The translations under genes were made by a program, and so were the position numbers. A stretch of 34,355 bases of DNA from Candidatus Limnocylindrales bacterium (GTDB lineage: Bacteria; Moduliflexota; Moduliflexia; Moduliflexales; JAUQPW01): positions 1-34,355 of the forward strand of contig DATMBG010000046.1 in assembly GCA_035559535.1 (NCBI GenBank), given 5' to 3'. Below are positions 18,414 to 28,431 of this stretch, piece by piece. Within the stretch, counting starts at the first letter, position 1. Each line of letters starts with the position of its first letter. Under the pieces are notes generated by a model, which searched no databases, was not told the origin of the DNA, and was given only the letters and a program-made list of their open reading frames with translations.

Positions 18414-19490
18414 TCAAGAAAGGGGCAGATATACTTTAAATATACTCCCTTTTCCGATTTTACTTTCTACTTTAATAAAGCCTTCGTGTTCTTCGATAAT
18501 TTTATGAGAAATTGCAAGTCCCAATCCAACTCCTTTAGGTTTTGTAGTATAAAAAGGTGTAAAAAGCTTTTCTATGGCATCTTCCGGAATCCCTTCCCCT
18601 TGATCATGGATTTCCACGACGATCATAGGACGAGATCGTTTTTCTGGACCTGTTCTAGAAATATAACAATCGGTAGATACCCTGGTAACAAGTTTAATGA
18701 TTCCTTGTCCAGACATGGCCTCTATGCCGTTATGGATGAGGTTTAAAAAAACCTGGGTGAGCTTTTCTCTATCTGCCAGGATTTCCGGTAAGCTTGGATC
18801 GTACTCTTCCTGAAAAATAATTTTTGTGGAGGAAGCACTTTCTAGAAGTAGAATGTTTTTAAGTATTTCATGGATATTGACCTTCTTGAAGTTCAACCGG
18901 GTTGGTTTGGTCAGGCTCAGTAAATCTTCGATGAGGCGATTTACACGTTCTGCTTCTTTAATAACAACTTTAAGATATTCGGCCAGTTCCGGGTTATTTT
19001 TAACTTCTTCATATAAGAGTTGGGAGGCTCCGATAATACTTCCCAGGGGATTCTTTATCTCATGGGCGATTCCTGCTGCAACACTTCCCATGGAAGCCAG
19101 GATATCTTTCCGTCGGATTTCTTCTTCCAAATCCTTTATCGCGGTAAGATCCCTAAGGACAATAACTACACCATAGATGTCCCCCTGTTGATTAAAAAGA
19201 GGAGAGGTAGCAATATCCAGGGAGAGAGTTTTTCCATTCTTTAGGAAGAGGCTCCGTTTGTGACTGGAGAAAGTTTTACCCGTTAGAAGGGTATCTCGAA
19301 TAAGGAGCCGTATTTCAGAATCCATGGCCGGCAGATCATCAAAATTTTTTCCGCAGGCCTGGGAAGCAGGAAGATCTAATAAATGTTCGGCAGCTTGATT
19401 GAATAAGGTAATTTTTTTGTTAATGTCGATAACAATAATACCATCCCTTAAGCTCGAAAGGATATTTTCATAAAGGGTTTTGATATCCAT
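18414..19490 (-). CDS. ntrB: PAS-domain histidine kinase NtrB (GlnL)
   Basis: PAS (DGIIVID...FNQAAE), AHEIKNPL, QVFLNLIHN, DQGEGI, FTPFYTTK, GVGLGL; between glnA and ntrC. Confidence 0.9.
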   Translation of the reverse strand: MDIKTLYENILSSLRDGIIVIDINKKITLFNQAAEHLLDLPASQACGKNFDDLPAMDSEIRLLIRDTLLTGKTFSSHKRSLFLKNGKTLSLDIATSPLFNQQGDIYGVVIVLRDLTAIKDLEEEIRRKDILASMGSVAAGIAHEIKNPLGSIIGASQLLYEEVKNNPELAEYLKVVIKEAERVNRLIEDLLSLTKPTRLNFKKVNIHEILKNILLLESASSTKIIFQEEYDPSLPEILADREKLTQVFLNLIHNGIEAMSGQGIIKLVTRVSTDCYISRTGPEKRSRPMIVVEIHDQGEGIPEDAIEKLFTPFYTTKPKGVGLGLAISHKIIEEHEGFIKVESKIGKGSIFKVYLPLS

Positions 19491-19607
19491 TGCATAGCTA
19501 AGTATTCTTTGTCCATTATTCGCTGGTCCGGTGGGCTTTATTCTCTGTTCATGGCCTATACCCTATTGTTTTTGTCCTCTGTTTTTGACCTGGTTCGTCG
19601 TCAACTC

Positions 19608-19656
19608 CCCGGCATCTGTTGTCGGTTAGATGGGATAACCGACAACAGATGCCGGG
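19608..19656 (-). terminator. Strong 21-bp hairpin just downstream of glnA (terminator, attenuator or stability element)
   Basis: CCCGGCATCTGTTGTCGGTTA-GATGGGA-TAACCGACAACAGATGCCGGG; no clear U-tract on the minus strand. Confidence 0.6.
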
Positions 19657-19669
19657 CCATCCATGATTT

Positions 19670-21094
19670 TTATATATCAAAATACAGAGCGAATTCGTAA
19701 GGATGTGGACGAAGTCGAATGGCATCCACTTCATGTTGTCTTTTGTAACTTAACCAGGTCTCTAAGACATCCTCTGTAAATACCTCTCCTTTCATAAGGA
19801 AATCATGATCCTTTTCCAGGGCATCCAGTGCTTCTTCAAGGCTACCCGGAACGGTCTCCACCAGGGCTGCCTCCTCAGGTTCCAGGTCATAGATGTCTTT
19901 ATCCAGAGGATCCCCCGGATCGATTTTGTTCTGGATCCCATCTAGTCCGGCCATAAGCATTGCCGCGAAGGCCAGATAGGCATTACAAGAAGGATCCGGA
20001 CATCTAAACTCGATTCTCTTGGCCTTTTCACTTCTAGAGTACATGGGAATTCGCACACAAGCACTTCTATTTCTCTGGGAGTAAGCCAGATTAACAGGGG
20101 CTTCATAGCCTGGAACCAGTCTTCTATAAGAGTTGGTAGTCGGTGCAGCAAAAGCTAAAACAGCATGAGCATGCTTAAGCAGGCCTCCAATGTAGTATTT
20201 ACAGGTTTGACTGATATCCGCATATCCACCACTTTGATAGAACAGATTTTTCCCATCTTTCCAGAGACTTTGATGAACATGCATTCCAGATCCATTATCC
20301 ATGAAGATAGGTTTTGGCATGAAAGTAGCGGTCTTTCCATTCCTCCGGGCCACATTCTTCACGACATATTTGAACGTCATGAGCCGATCGGCCATATCGG
20401 TCAGAGAGGTAAATCTCATATCAATTTCACCTTGACCCGCTGTAGCTACTTCATGATGTTGGACTTCTACAGGAATTCCGATTTTTTCCAGAGTCTCTAC
20501 GATTTCAGAACGGATGTCCTGTAAACTGTCCATGGGAGGGACCGGGAAGTAACCTTCCTTGTACCGAGGTTTATATCCCAGGTTTGGATTCTCTTCTTTA
20601 CCGCTGTTCCAGAATCCTTCCTTGGAATCGATATAATAATACCCTTGATTGTAGGTCTGCCCGAATCGAATATCATCGAAAATGAAAAACTCAGCTTCGG
20701 GACCAAAGTAAGAGATATCTGCAATTCCTGTAGATTTCAAATAATTCTCAGCTTTTTGAGCTACATACCTGGGATCTCTGGTATAGCGTTCGCCGGTCAC
20801 AGGGTCTTTTACATTACAAATAAGACTTAGAGTAGGATGTTTCATGAAGGGATCGATCCAGGCCGTATTGGGATCCGGTACTAAAAGCATATCACTCTGG
20901 TCAATGGTCTGAAACCCACGAATACTGGACCCGTCAAACCCTATTCCTTCTTCAAAAAGAGCCTCGTTGAATTCATTCCAGGTTATTGTAAAATGTTGCC
21001 AAAGCCCTGGAAGATCTTCAAATTTGAGATCAATGAACTGTACTCCCTGTTTTTTGGCGTAATCGATCACTTCCTTCGGTGTTCTTGCTATCAT
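19670..21094 (-). CDS. glnA: Glutamine synthetase type I
   Basis: [58 protein letters not shown]; adenylylation-site Tyr in DIYDL. Confidence 0.98.
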   Translation of the reverse strand: MIARTPKEVIDYAKKQGVQFIDLKFEDLPGLWQHFTITWNEFNEALFEEGIGFDGSSIRGFQTIDQSDMLLVPDPNTAWIDPFMKHPTLSLICNVKDPVTGERYTRDPRYVAQKAENYLKSTGIADISYFGPEAEFFIFDDIRFGQTYNQGYYYIDSKEGFWNSGKEENPNLGYKPRYKEGYFPVPPMDSLQDIRSEIVETLEKIGIPVEVQHHEVATAGQGEIDMRFTSLTDMADRLMTFKYVVKNVARRNGKTATFMPKPIFMDNGSGMHVHQSLWKDGKNLFYQSGGYADISQTCKYYIGGLLKHAHAVLAFAAPTTNSYRRLVPGYEAPVNLAYSQRNRSACVRIPMYSRSEKAKRIEFRCPDPSCNAYLAFAAMLMAGLDGIQNKIDPGDPLDKDIYDLEPEEAALVETVPGSLEEALDALEKDHDFLMKGEVFTEDVLETWLSYKRQHEVDAIRLRPHPYEFALYFDI

Positions 21095-21232
21095 GTAACG
21101 CTTTCTCCTTTTTCGTTAGAGGTCTCTGGTTACTGGAAAGTACCTGTAAATTCATCACATTCCTTTCATCGGTTACCAGTCACCAGTTACCGTTGCTCCC
21201 ATAGAACATTATCCATGTTGGGGATTGCTGCC

Positions 21233-21589
<357 letters not shown>

Positions 21590-21735
21590 TTAGTTATAAC
21601 CCTGTAACTTTAAAAAAGCTACAGGCATTACTACCCTTCTCGGTTCTATGTGACTCATATCCTGGGGATGTTACACCACCGAGAACCTTTCAGTAGAGGA
21701 AAGGCTAAACTTAACTTCTATTACCTTTAGCTGGA

Positions 21736-21750
21736 GCATATCCTATGCCA
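21736..21750 (-). promoter_or_regulatory. Sigma-54 (-24/-12) promoter of glnB-glnA
   Basis: Minus strand TGGCAT-AGGAT-ATGC; GG-N10-GC spacing conserved; ~165 nt upstream of glnB. Confidence 0.8.
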
Positions 21751-21813
21751 TTTCCTCTGTGCTTACAAAGATACTAGATATTTGGCGAATTTACAATGGA
21801 TGGATACGAAAAA

Positions 21814-21999
21814 AGCCTATTTATTTTGCAGAAATCTCTCTCCTGTTTGCCTATTATTTCGGCAGTCATTTTAAAAAATGCTTATTTTTTAGTCAATTAA
21901 AATTCATCTCAAACTTTTTATTCCCCCTTTTGGTAGGTTATCGGGTAATCTATCCTTAAAAAATCCGGTTCTTTTCTTAAAATGCCTAAATTTTAATCA
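21814..21999. promoter_or_regulatory. Candidate NtrC enhancer boxes (17-bp TGC-N11-GCA-like)
   Basis: AGCCTATTTATTTTGCA 21814-21830, TGCCTATTATTTCGGCA 21848-21864, TGCTTATTTTTTAGTCA 21879-21895, TGCCTAAATTTTAATCA 21983-21999; upstream of the sigma-54 promoter. Confidence 0.6.
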
Positions 22000-22501
22000 A
22001 ACCCCCTTCTCCCTTCGGGCCTCCTCCTGGCGTAGCCCCTTTCCAGAGGGGAGTCAGGTCCAAAAAACCTACCCTTAAAAGTTGGGTAGCTCTAGAGGTA
22101 TTCCCATTTCTCATAACTTATGTCTATGATCCCCTGGGAGATTATCCTGCCAGGAAATGGTAACAGATCGATTTTGAACCTGACGGTGAAAAATAAAAAA
22201 ATGAAATTTTCTTAAAATCCATGCAATCTTTTATTCCTGCCCAGAGTATTTTATAAGTTAAGAGAAAAAACCTTACCCAAAAAAGGGATTATCTCGAATT
22301 TAACTCTCTTTTAATAGATTCCTGAGGCCTCCCATAATCGAAAAAACGGGACCCTGCACGTTATTTTCTAAACTTCTCTAAGGAGTCCCCTATACCGGTT
22401 CCATCAATTTGAAAAGGCCAGAGAGATCGTAGAGAGGTAGAAACTAAAGTCTTCAGGAATGGGATATAAAACCCTGCCTTCAGATTTAGAAAGGAGATCA
22501 T

Positions 22502-22792
22502 ATGAATCCTCAAGATTTGTTTTTAGGGCTCGTCCAAAATCGGCAGTTTCACCCTTTGGGATCGAAGTTTCCCCTGGGAAGTTCCGTAAGATTAACCCAG
22601 ATACAAATGCAGACTGCCATGTCTCCTGAGAGTGGAGAGCTTGATTTAACCCCATATGAGGGGAGTGCTATTATGGTTCAAGGGCACGGCGGAGGTGGAT
22701 GGATCTATGCTGCCCAGATAATCGACAAAGCGGGTCCGATTCTCACGGCGGTGGTTAAGCGGGTGTTTGGTCCGGATAGCCAGGTAAAATAA
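22502..22792 (+). CDS. Small hypothetical protein (96 aa)
   Basis: Strong AAGGAG RBS before ATG, globular composition, fills an intergenic gap. Confidence 0.75.
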   Translation: MNPQDLFLGLVQNRQFHPLGSKFPLGSSVRLTQIQMQTAMSPESGELDLTPYEGSAIMVQGHGGGGWIYAAQIIDKAGPILTAVVKRVFGPDSQVK

Positions 22793-22859
22793 GCATATCC
22801 TGCTGGTATCCTACACTTCCGTGGAAGAACCAAAAGTGTGGTTTCGTTTCTTCCGGCTA

Positions 22860-23873
22860 TTATCCTCGGGTTGCCGAAGGATCTAAAGGGTTGGATTTTG
22901 ATTTTCCCGAGAATTTGAGGGTGGTTTTACCTATTCTATCGGAGATATTAAAAATAAATCTTAAAGGTAAAAAGCCCATCAGGCGATAATCCCCTACTCC
23001 CTTCAGGCCCGCCGAGGCTATGCAACCACACTGGGAACAATCCGGATTACCCCCAAATTGACAGGGGGTAATCCGGCTATGTAAATCCGCGGTGATACTC
23101 AAGGTAGTCCTGGCAAAAATGCATTTGGCGGGAGACGAAGGAGGATTACGAAGTCCTTCTAAGATTGCATCCCGTAAGTCTAACTTGGGAAACATCGGAC
23201 GCAACCGGGTAAGTTCTCTTAATACTTCCTCACGCTCATGGGGTGAAAGTATCTCCTCAGATCTTGCGCCTTTCTGGGGGGTGAACAGGCTGAACCAGAT
23301 CTTTTGGACTTCTGGCCTGCCGGACCAGAAGGACAGAAAAGCTTCAAAGTATCCGGCCCGGCCTGTCATCTGATGGGTTATGGTGCAATGTACCGTGATA
23401 GAATGCCCCTGGATGTTTTTTAAAATTTTCTCGTAAGTTGCAGGAGCTCGTCTGCGATCGTGATCGGGTTGTAAACCATCTATGGAAACCACCAGGTTCA
23501 GGTTCTTTATCTGGCTCCAGGATAGAGGAATTTCACGCACAGCACTGGTTACAAGCTGAACCACAAGACCCCTTTTGCTCAATTCCGGCAGTAGAGTGTT
23601 TAATTCCCGAAAACGTACCAGAGGTTCGCCTCCAATAATAGAGAGGTGAAGGGGACGATAGCGACTGACCAGATTTAACACGCCATCTATTAATTGCTGT
23701 CCCTTATAATCGGTCAGGGTCCGTAAGGGTCCAAGCTGCCCAAGATGTTGGGTTTCGTAAGCGTAACAACCCGGGCAACGAAGCGGGCACTCGCGGGTAA
23801 TCTCAATGGATAACGCTGGATAATACCCCCTTAAGATACGACCCCAGGCTGGGAGAATTTCCTTTACTTTCAT
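22860..23873 (-). CDS. Radical SAM protein with C-terminal Cys cluster (twitch-like)
   Basis: CPLRCPGC, IIGGEPL, VSIDG; C-terminal CIF...PCQFGGNPDCSQCGC. Confidence 0.9.
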   Translation of the reverse strand: MKVKEILPAWGRILRGYYPALSIEITRECPLRCPGCYAYETQHLGQLGPLRTLTDYKGQQLIDGVLNLVSRYRPLHLSIIGGEPLVRFRELNTLLPELSKRGLVVQLVTSAVREIPLSWSQIKNLNLVVSIDGLQPDHDRRRAPATYEKILKNIQGHSITVHCTITHQMTGRAGYFEAFLSFWSGRPEVQKIWFSLFTPQKGARSEEILSPHEREEVLRELTRLRPMFPKLDLRDAILEGLRNPPSSPAKCIFARTTLSITADLHSRITPCQFGGNPDCSQCGCIASAGLKGVGDYRLMGFLPLRFIFNISDRIGKTTLKFSGKSKSNPLDPSATRG

Positions 23874-23887
23874 AGGATTTTATTCCA

Positions 23888-23921
23888 TCAAACGGGGACG
23901 TTTGTCAAACGGGGACGTTTG
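23888..23921. repeat. 17-bp tandem duplication of a mini-hairpin
   Basis: TCAAACGGGGACGTTTG x2; each unit folds as CAAACG-GGGA-CGTTTG. Confidence 0.85.
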
Positions 23922-23971
23922 ACCTACCCTGTTGGGCTTGTTTTAGGCCCTATTCCTTCCAGTTCTTTGAA

Positions 23972-25294
23972 TCAGTCAAAGCTACCTGAAACTCCTTGAA
24001 ATCCACGCTTTGCTTGTTTCAACACCCATCGAATGACCCGTCCATCATCGTAGCAATATGCCAGGTTATGGTTCAGGGTCGAGAAACAATGGGTTTGGCA
24101 GCTTGTCTTCATGGTATTAAGCTGTTGGGTCTCAAACCTGTGACGACCCACAACTCCCCAATCATAGGTTGCTGAATACATGGGGAAACAGGGGGCTAAG
24201 GTTCCATCGACCCGGATGATAAGAGAATTATGGCCGGCCCGGCAGTTCCAGGGTTTTACCTTGCCACACATGAAATCCTTCATGTCCTTAAGACGCTGGA
24301 TAGAATTGACCATCTTGTAACCTGCACGATTCTTCTCAATCAACCAGTCTATCAATTCATCCACTTTGGGGTAATCTTCAGGCCGAAGAAAGGTCTCATT
24401 ATTCTCTAGATGTTTAAAGTGATGTTGTTCCAGCATGGGGGATTCATTGATATGATAATCGGTTGCAATCCCGTAATCATGGGCAATCTCGGTCAATTGT
24501 CTGATATCCTCCAGGTTGATTCGGGTAATGTTCATATTAAAGAATACACAATACCCGTAGACATACTGTTTTTTAATCAGATACTCAAAGTACGATCGAA
24601 TCGGATTTAATGCTTTGGGGAGCCCGGGTTTCTCATCCACGCAATCCACTGCAAAATTAACCGTAGCGACCCCTGCATCCCCGAGACGGTCAATCACTTC
24701 TGGCTTCAACAACCGCCCATTGGTAGGAAGATAAACCCAAAATCCTTTCTTTGCGGCATAATAGACCACCTTGTGGACAAACTTCGGCCTAAGAAGAACT
24801 TCACCCCCCATCAGAGCCAGTACCCGACAACCTGCTTCGTACAACCAATCTATCGACCGTTTGGCAGTATCCTCTGTCATGCCCTTGACGCGATTGTCGA
24901 AGGCCCAACAGTAGTGACAATCCAGGTTGCATTTCCATTCGGTAAACAGATAAGCAATGATGGGGTGAAAATCCCCAGGAAGTATGCGAGATCGAATGTA
25001 AGGAAACAGCCAGCCCCGCATGGCACGATAAATAAGAGGTGCTGTCCATCGTCGTCGATAAGGGTTATCAGAACTCCGAAGAGTAACCAGATCAGGTCCC
25101 ATATCTCCCAGAGCCTCTGGTTTTTGTGGAAAAACCGGCTCAGGGAGTGTTTGAAATTCGTCGATCTGAAGTAGATTGGGTTTCCTGGTTCCTTTCATTA
25201 ATAAATCGTGTAGTTGACTATCAAGTCGGAAGTCAGGGGCGCGTGTAGAGCCGTCCGAGTCTTTATGATGTTGGATCATCAAGTCTCTGCCCAT
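23972..25294 (-). CDS. Radical SAM protein with twitch/SPASM-like C-terminus
   Basis: CNLDCHYC, MGGEVL, PTNG; C-terminal CRAG...DGTLAPC...CQTHC. AAGGAGG RBS. Confidence 0.9.
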   Translation of the reverse strand: MGRDLMIQHHKDSDGSTRAPDFRLDSQLHDLLMKGTRKPNLLQIDEFQTLPEPVFPQKPEALGDMGPDLVTLRSSDNPYRRRWTAPLIYRAMRGWLFPYIRSRILPGDFHPIIAYLFTEWKCNLDCHYCWAFDNRVKGMTEDTAKRSIDWLYEAGCRVLALMGGEVLLRPKFVHKVVYYAAKKGFWVYLPTNGRLLKPEVIDRLGDAGVATVNFAVDCVDEKPGLPKALNPIRSYFEYLIKKQYVYGYCVFFNMNITRINLEDIRQLTEIAHDYGIATDYHINESPMLEQHHFKHLENNETFLRPEDYPKVDELIDWLIEKNRAGYKMVNSIQRLKDMKDFMCGKVKPWNCRAGHNSLIIRVDGTLAPCFPMYSATYDWGVVGRHRFETQQLNTMKTSCQTHCFSTLNHNLAYCYDDGRVIRWVLKQAKRGFQGVSGSFD

Positions 25295-25886
25295 AACAAC
25301 CTCCTTTTGAGAAGGGTAATTACCTGGAATTATAGTCCAGCAAGTATCCTCTCTTGGGGGATTTTAAAGATAAAAAGGGTAGTAGCTTTAAAATCTCTTT
25401 AATATTTAAAAGGATTGCTTTAAGGAAAACATACTACTGAGGAGGAACTCCGAGGAAATTTGTATGGATCCTTCTCTTTTTATCCTTCTCTCCTGAGATG
25501 ACTGACGTATTGCCTAAGCGGCTTATTCTTAAAAGGATCTATTTTAAGTCACTAGTTTACTTTTTCATTCTTCTACTCAATTGTCAATAAAAAATTAATA
25601 AAGATACAAAAAGTGCTGTAAATATCTGAAAGCTTTACACATAGAACCTCCCTTGCCTGACCCCCTGTCGGGATTATACTTTAGATTTAGACCAGAGTCC
25701 CAATATGACAATTTTATCCAGGGGGAACTGGATAGATGAAAAAAGGTCCGACCGGGTTAACGGTACTGTATCTAAGTTAACGTAAAAAAATAGGGAGAAG
25801 GAGTCTGAAAAATGTGGAGCCAACGGATACTCCCTTACCAAACCAATACCCTTGTATAGGATGGAAGCTAATTGAGGGATAATCTT

Positions 25887-27188
25887 ATGATAGATCACAC
25901 CCAAAAGGCTATTCACACCTGTAAGTATAGCTGGTTATTTCCGCTGGCCGGATTTGTGCTGACTTTCGTGGGTGGTCTCGGATTCAGTTTATCCAATCAG
26001 GATATACGGATCAATGTTCAAAGGATAGGATTGGTAGTTTTTGCCATTTTGACAGGGGTAGGTTTTTACTACACCCTTCAGGCTTTTCGTCACTTCAAGA
26101 TCTATAGGATAAAAGCTTGTTTTTATCATGTCGTGGGTGGGTTATTGGTTAACCTGTTTTTGGTTTTAATGACCGTTATTGGTGTCGGTGCCCTTTATAC
26201 CTTCAACCACCATTCAGATCCCCTAACTATCCATTCGGTAAAAGCGTTCAAGCCCTCGATATCTTACCCATCTAAACTACCTGTATGGATAGACACAGAT
26301 CCTGCTTGTGGAGAGGGAGAAACCGATGATGTGGACGATTGCTGGGCTTTGATAGCAGCTCTCCGCTCACCTGAGCTGGATATTCGAGGGATTAGTACCG
26401 TTTTTGGAAATACGAAGGGTGAGAAGGGTTTTCAAATTGCACGTCAGGCTATCACCCATTTTGGTGGCTCTTATCCCTCTCATCCACCCCCTCCCATTTT
26501 TGAAGGAAGCCTTTCCCCGGGAAATCCTGACTGGAAAAGTACTCAGGCCTCTGAAGCCCTGGCCTCGGCTTTAAGAAAAGAAAAACTGACCCTTATCGCC
26601 CAGGGACCTCTCACCAATGTTGCAACGGTTCTGATTAACCATCCCGATGTTGTGGGAAATATAGAAAGAATTGTCATGATCGGAGGGAAACACCCGGGGG
26701 ATTTGTTTCATCCCGGGGAACAATGGTGGTTCCATTTTCGTGACTTTAATGTTTGTAAAGATACCCCGGCTACTCAAATTGTTTTATATTCGGGAGTCCC
26801 TCTGATCTTGATTCCGTTTGAATTGGCAACTCACCTGGTAATTACACGGTCTGACTTGAAACGCCTGGAACTCGGCGATGAAGTTGCCAGATGGCTTTAT
26901 CGGGGGAGTGAGCCATGGTTATCCTTTTGGGAAAATAAACTCCATAAGGAAGGGTTCCATCCCTTTGATCTCCTGGCCATAGGCTATGTAACCCTGCCGG
27001 ATATGTTTACCTGTAAAGTTAGCCCGGCCCGGATCGGATTTAGTCTCTTTCTTGAACCCCTGGGTATGGGCCGTGACCTGGAAGTAGCACCCTATATTCG
27101 AGGTCCCAGGGTCTATTACTGTTTTGATCTAAACCCCCGGTTTAAGGAAGTCTTTATCCGCCGCTTATTGAATAATACCCCGGGATGA
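25887..27188 (+). CDS. Inosine-uridine nucleoside hydrolase family protein with N-terminal membrane anchor
   Basis: WIDTDP...DDVDDCWAL, ISTVFGN, GPLTNVA, MIGG, DFNV-KD, PFD; three hydrophobic N-terminal segments. ATG 25887 follows GAGGG; the ORF extends to 25872. Confidence 0.85.
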   Translation: MIDHTQKAIHTCKYSWLFPLAGFVLTFVGGLGFSLSNQDIRINVQRIGLVVFAILTGVGFYYTLQAFRHFKIYRIKACFYHVVGGLLVNLFLVLMTVIGVGALYTFNHHSDPLTIHSVKAFKPSISYPSKLPVWIDTDPACGEGETDDVDDCWALIAALRSPELDIRGISTVFGNTKGEKGFQIARQAITHFGGSYPSHPPPPIFEGSLSPGNPDWKSTQASEALASALRKEKLTLIAQGPLTNVATVLINHPDVVGNIERIVMIGGKHPGDLFHPGEQWWFHFRDFNVCKDTPATQIVLYSGVPLILIPFELATHLVITRSDLKRLELGDEVARWLYRGSEPWLSFWENKLHKEGFHPFDLLAIGYVTLPDMFTCKVSPARIGFSLFLEPLGMGRDLEVAPYIRGPRVYYCFDLNPRFKEVFIRRLLNNTPG

Positions 27189-27224
27189 CTCCTCCAGGGT
27201 TTCAGGGTATTTCTATAATTTCGT

Positions 27225-28058
27225 TCAGGGAATGTTCGTGGGATCCCAGCCGGTAGTTAAATTCTCATTGAAGGAATCTAAATAAGCCATATCCTCTGGA
27301 GAAATCAAAAAATCGAATACCTGGGCATTTTCTCGGATCCGCTCCCTTCGGACCGACTTTGGTATCACTATAAACTGATGTTGTAAGGCCCAGCGAATAA
27401 GGATTTGAGCAGGAGTTTTGCCGTATTTTGATGCAATTTTTACCAGCTTCGGATCCGTGAGTTTTTCCCCTTTGGTAAGCGGACTATAGGCTTCCAACCA
27501 AATGCCCTTAGCACGACAGAAATCTACAGTCTCTTTCCGATAAAGATAGTTGTACGGACTTAACTCTATTTGATTTACGGCAGGTATCACCCTGCAATGA
27601 TCCAATAATTCCTCTAAATGTCTGACCAAATAGTTACTGACGCCAATGGCTCTGCATTTACCCTCTGCCAGCAGCACCTCCATAGCCCGCCAGGTTTCAA
27701 GCCTGAGTCCCTTAACCGGCCAGTGGATTAAATAGAGATCGATATAGCCCAGACCCAACTTTTGATTGCTTTTTGCAAACGCCTTCAAGGTTGCATCGTA
27801 GCCGTGATCCTGATTCCACAATTTGGTTGTCACAAATACTTCCGATCTGGGAATCCCGCTCTCCCTAACGGCCTGACCCACATCCTGTTCATTACCGTAA
27901 ATTTTAGCCGTATCGATATGGCGGTATCCTATTTCTAAGGCATAAAGAACCGCTTTTTTCGTTATGTCTCCCGGAGGACTTTGAAAAACCCCGAGTCCAA
28001 GAAAAGGGATTTCAACCCCATTATTAAGTCTGGCCGTGCTTTGAATAGTCATTTCCAT
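27225..28058 (-). CDS. Aldo/keto reductase (2,5-diketogluconate/glyoxal reductase-like)
   Basis: GYRHIDTAKIYGNE, TTKLW, DLYLIHWP, IGVSNY, NQIE, IPKS. AAGGAG RBS before ATG 28058. Confidence 0.95.
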   Translation of the reverse strand: MEMTIQSTARLNNGVEIPFLGLGVFQSPPGDITKKAVLYALEIGYRHIDTAKIYGNEQDVGQAVRESGIPRSEVFVTTKLWNQDHGYDATLKAFAKSNQKLGLGYIDLYLIHWPVKGLRLETWRAMEVLLAEGKCRAIGVSNYLVRHLEELLDHCRVIPAVNQIELSPYNYLYRKETVDFCRAKGIWLEAYSPLTKGEKLTDPKLVKIASKYGKTPAQILIRWALQHQFIVIPKSVRRERIRENAQVFDFLISPEDMAYLDSFNENLTTGWDPTNIP

Positions 28059-28416
28059 TTTTTCTTCTCCTTTCCCTATCAACTTTCGGTCTTGAATCTA
28101 AACTCTATCATTCTGTTCCTTCCAGCAAGGGAAATTTTAGGTATGGGAGAATATCCAGAACAAACTGTCCTTTGTCTTGGTTTCGGACAGTATTTACTGA
28201 CCTTTATGGGTATTAGATCTTCACAAACCCTGTAAGATTTTAAGACATCCTATTTATAAAGGGGATTCTTACACTTCTTTTGCTTCTGGTAGTACTCGTT
28301 TTTAATTTTAAGATCAGTCAATTCAATTGAGAGCAAAAAATTATCAACAGCCGGTACAAACAAAGCCTTCTATCCTTTCCTTCTGGTTTCGGCTCTCCAT
28401 TTTCTTTTTTAAGATC

Positions 28417-28431
28417 TGGCACGTGGATTGC
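28417..28431 (+). promoter_or_regulatory. Consensus sigma-54 promoter upstream of the USP pair
   Basis: TGGCAC-GTGGA-TTGC, exact match to TGGCAC-N5-TTGC. Confidence 0.8.

Noticed and set aside
19509..19734. 61-63 aa ORFs between glnA and ntrB as possible leader peptides
   Set aside because: They run through the 21-bp hairpin and overlap the glnA end, with no convincing RBS
22404..22655. 83-aa minus-strand ORF
   Set aside because: Antisense to the better-supported 96-aa gene that has a strong RBS
25300..25916. Possible RiPP precursor upstream of the radical SAM pair (80-aa ORF 25674-25916) and a GGA-rich stretch suggesting a CsrB-like RNA
   Set aside because: The ORF overlaps the start of the hydrolase gene, lacks an RBS and has no precursor-like features; the GGA motifs are not in regular hairpin loops
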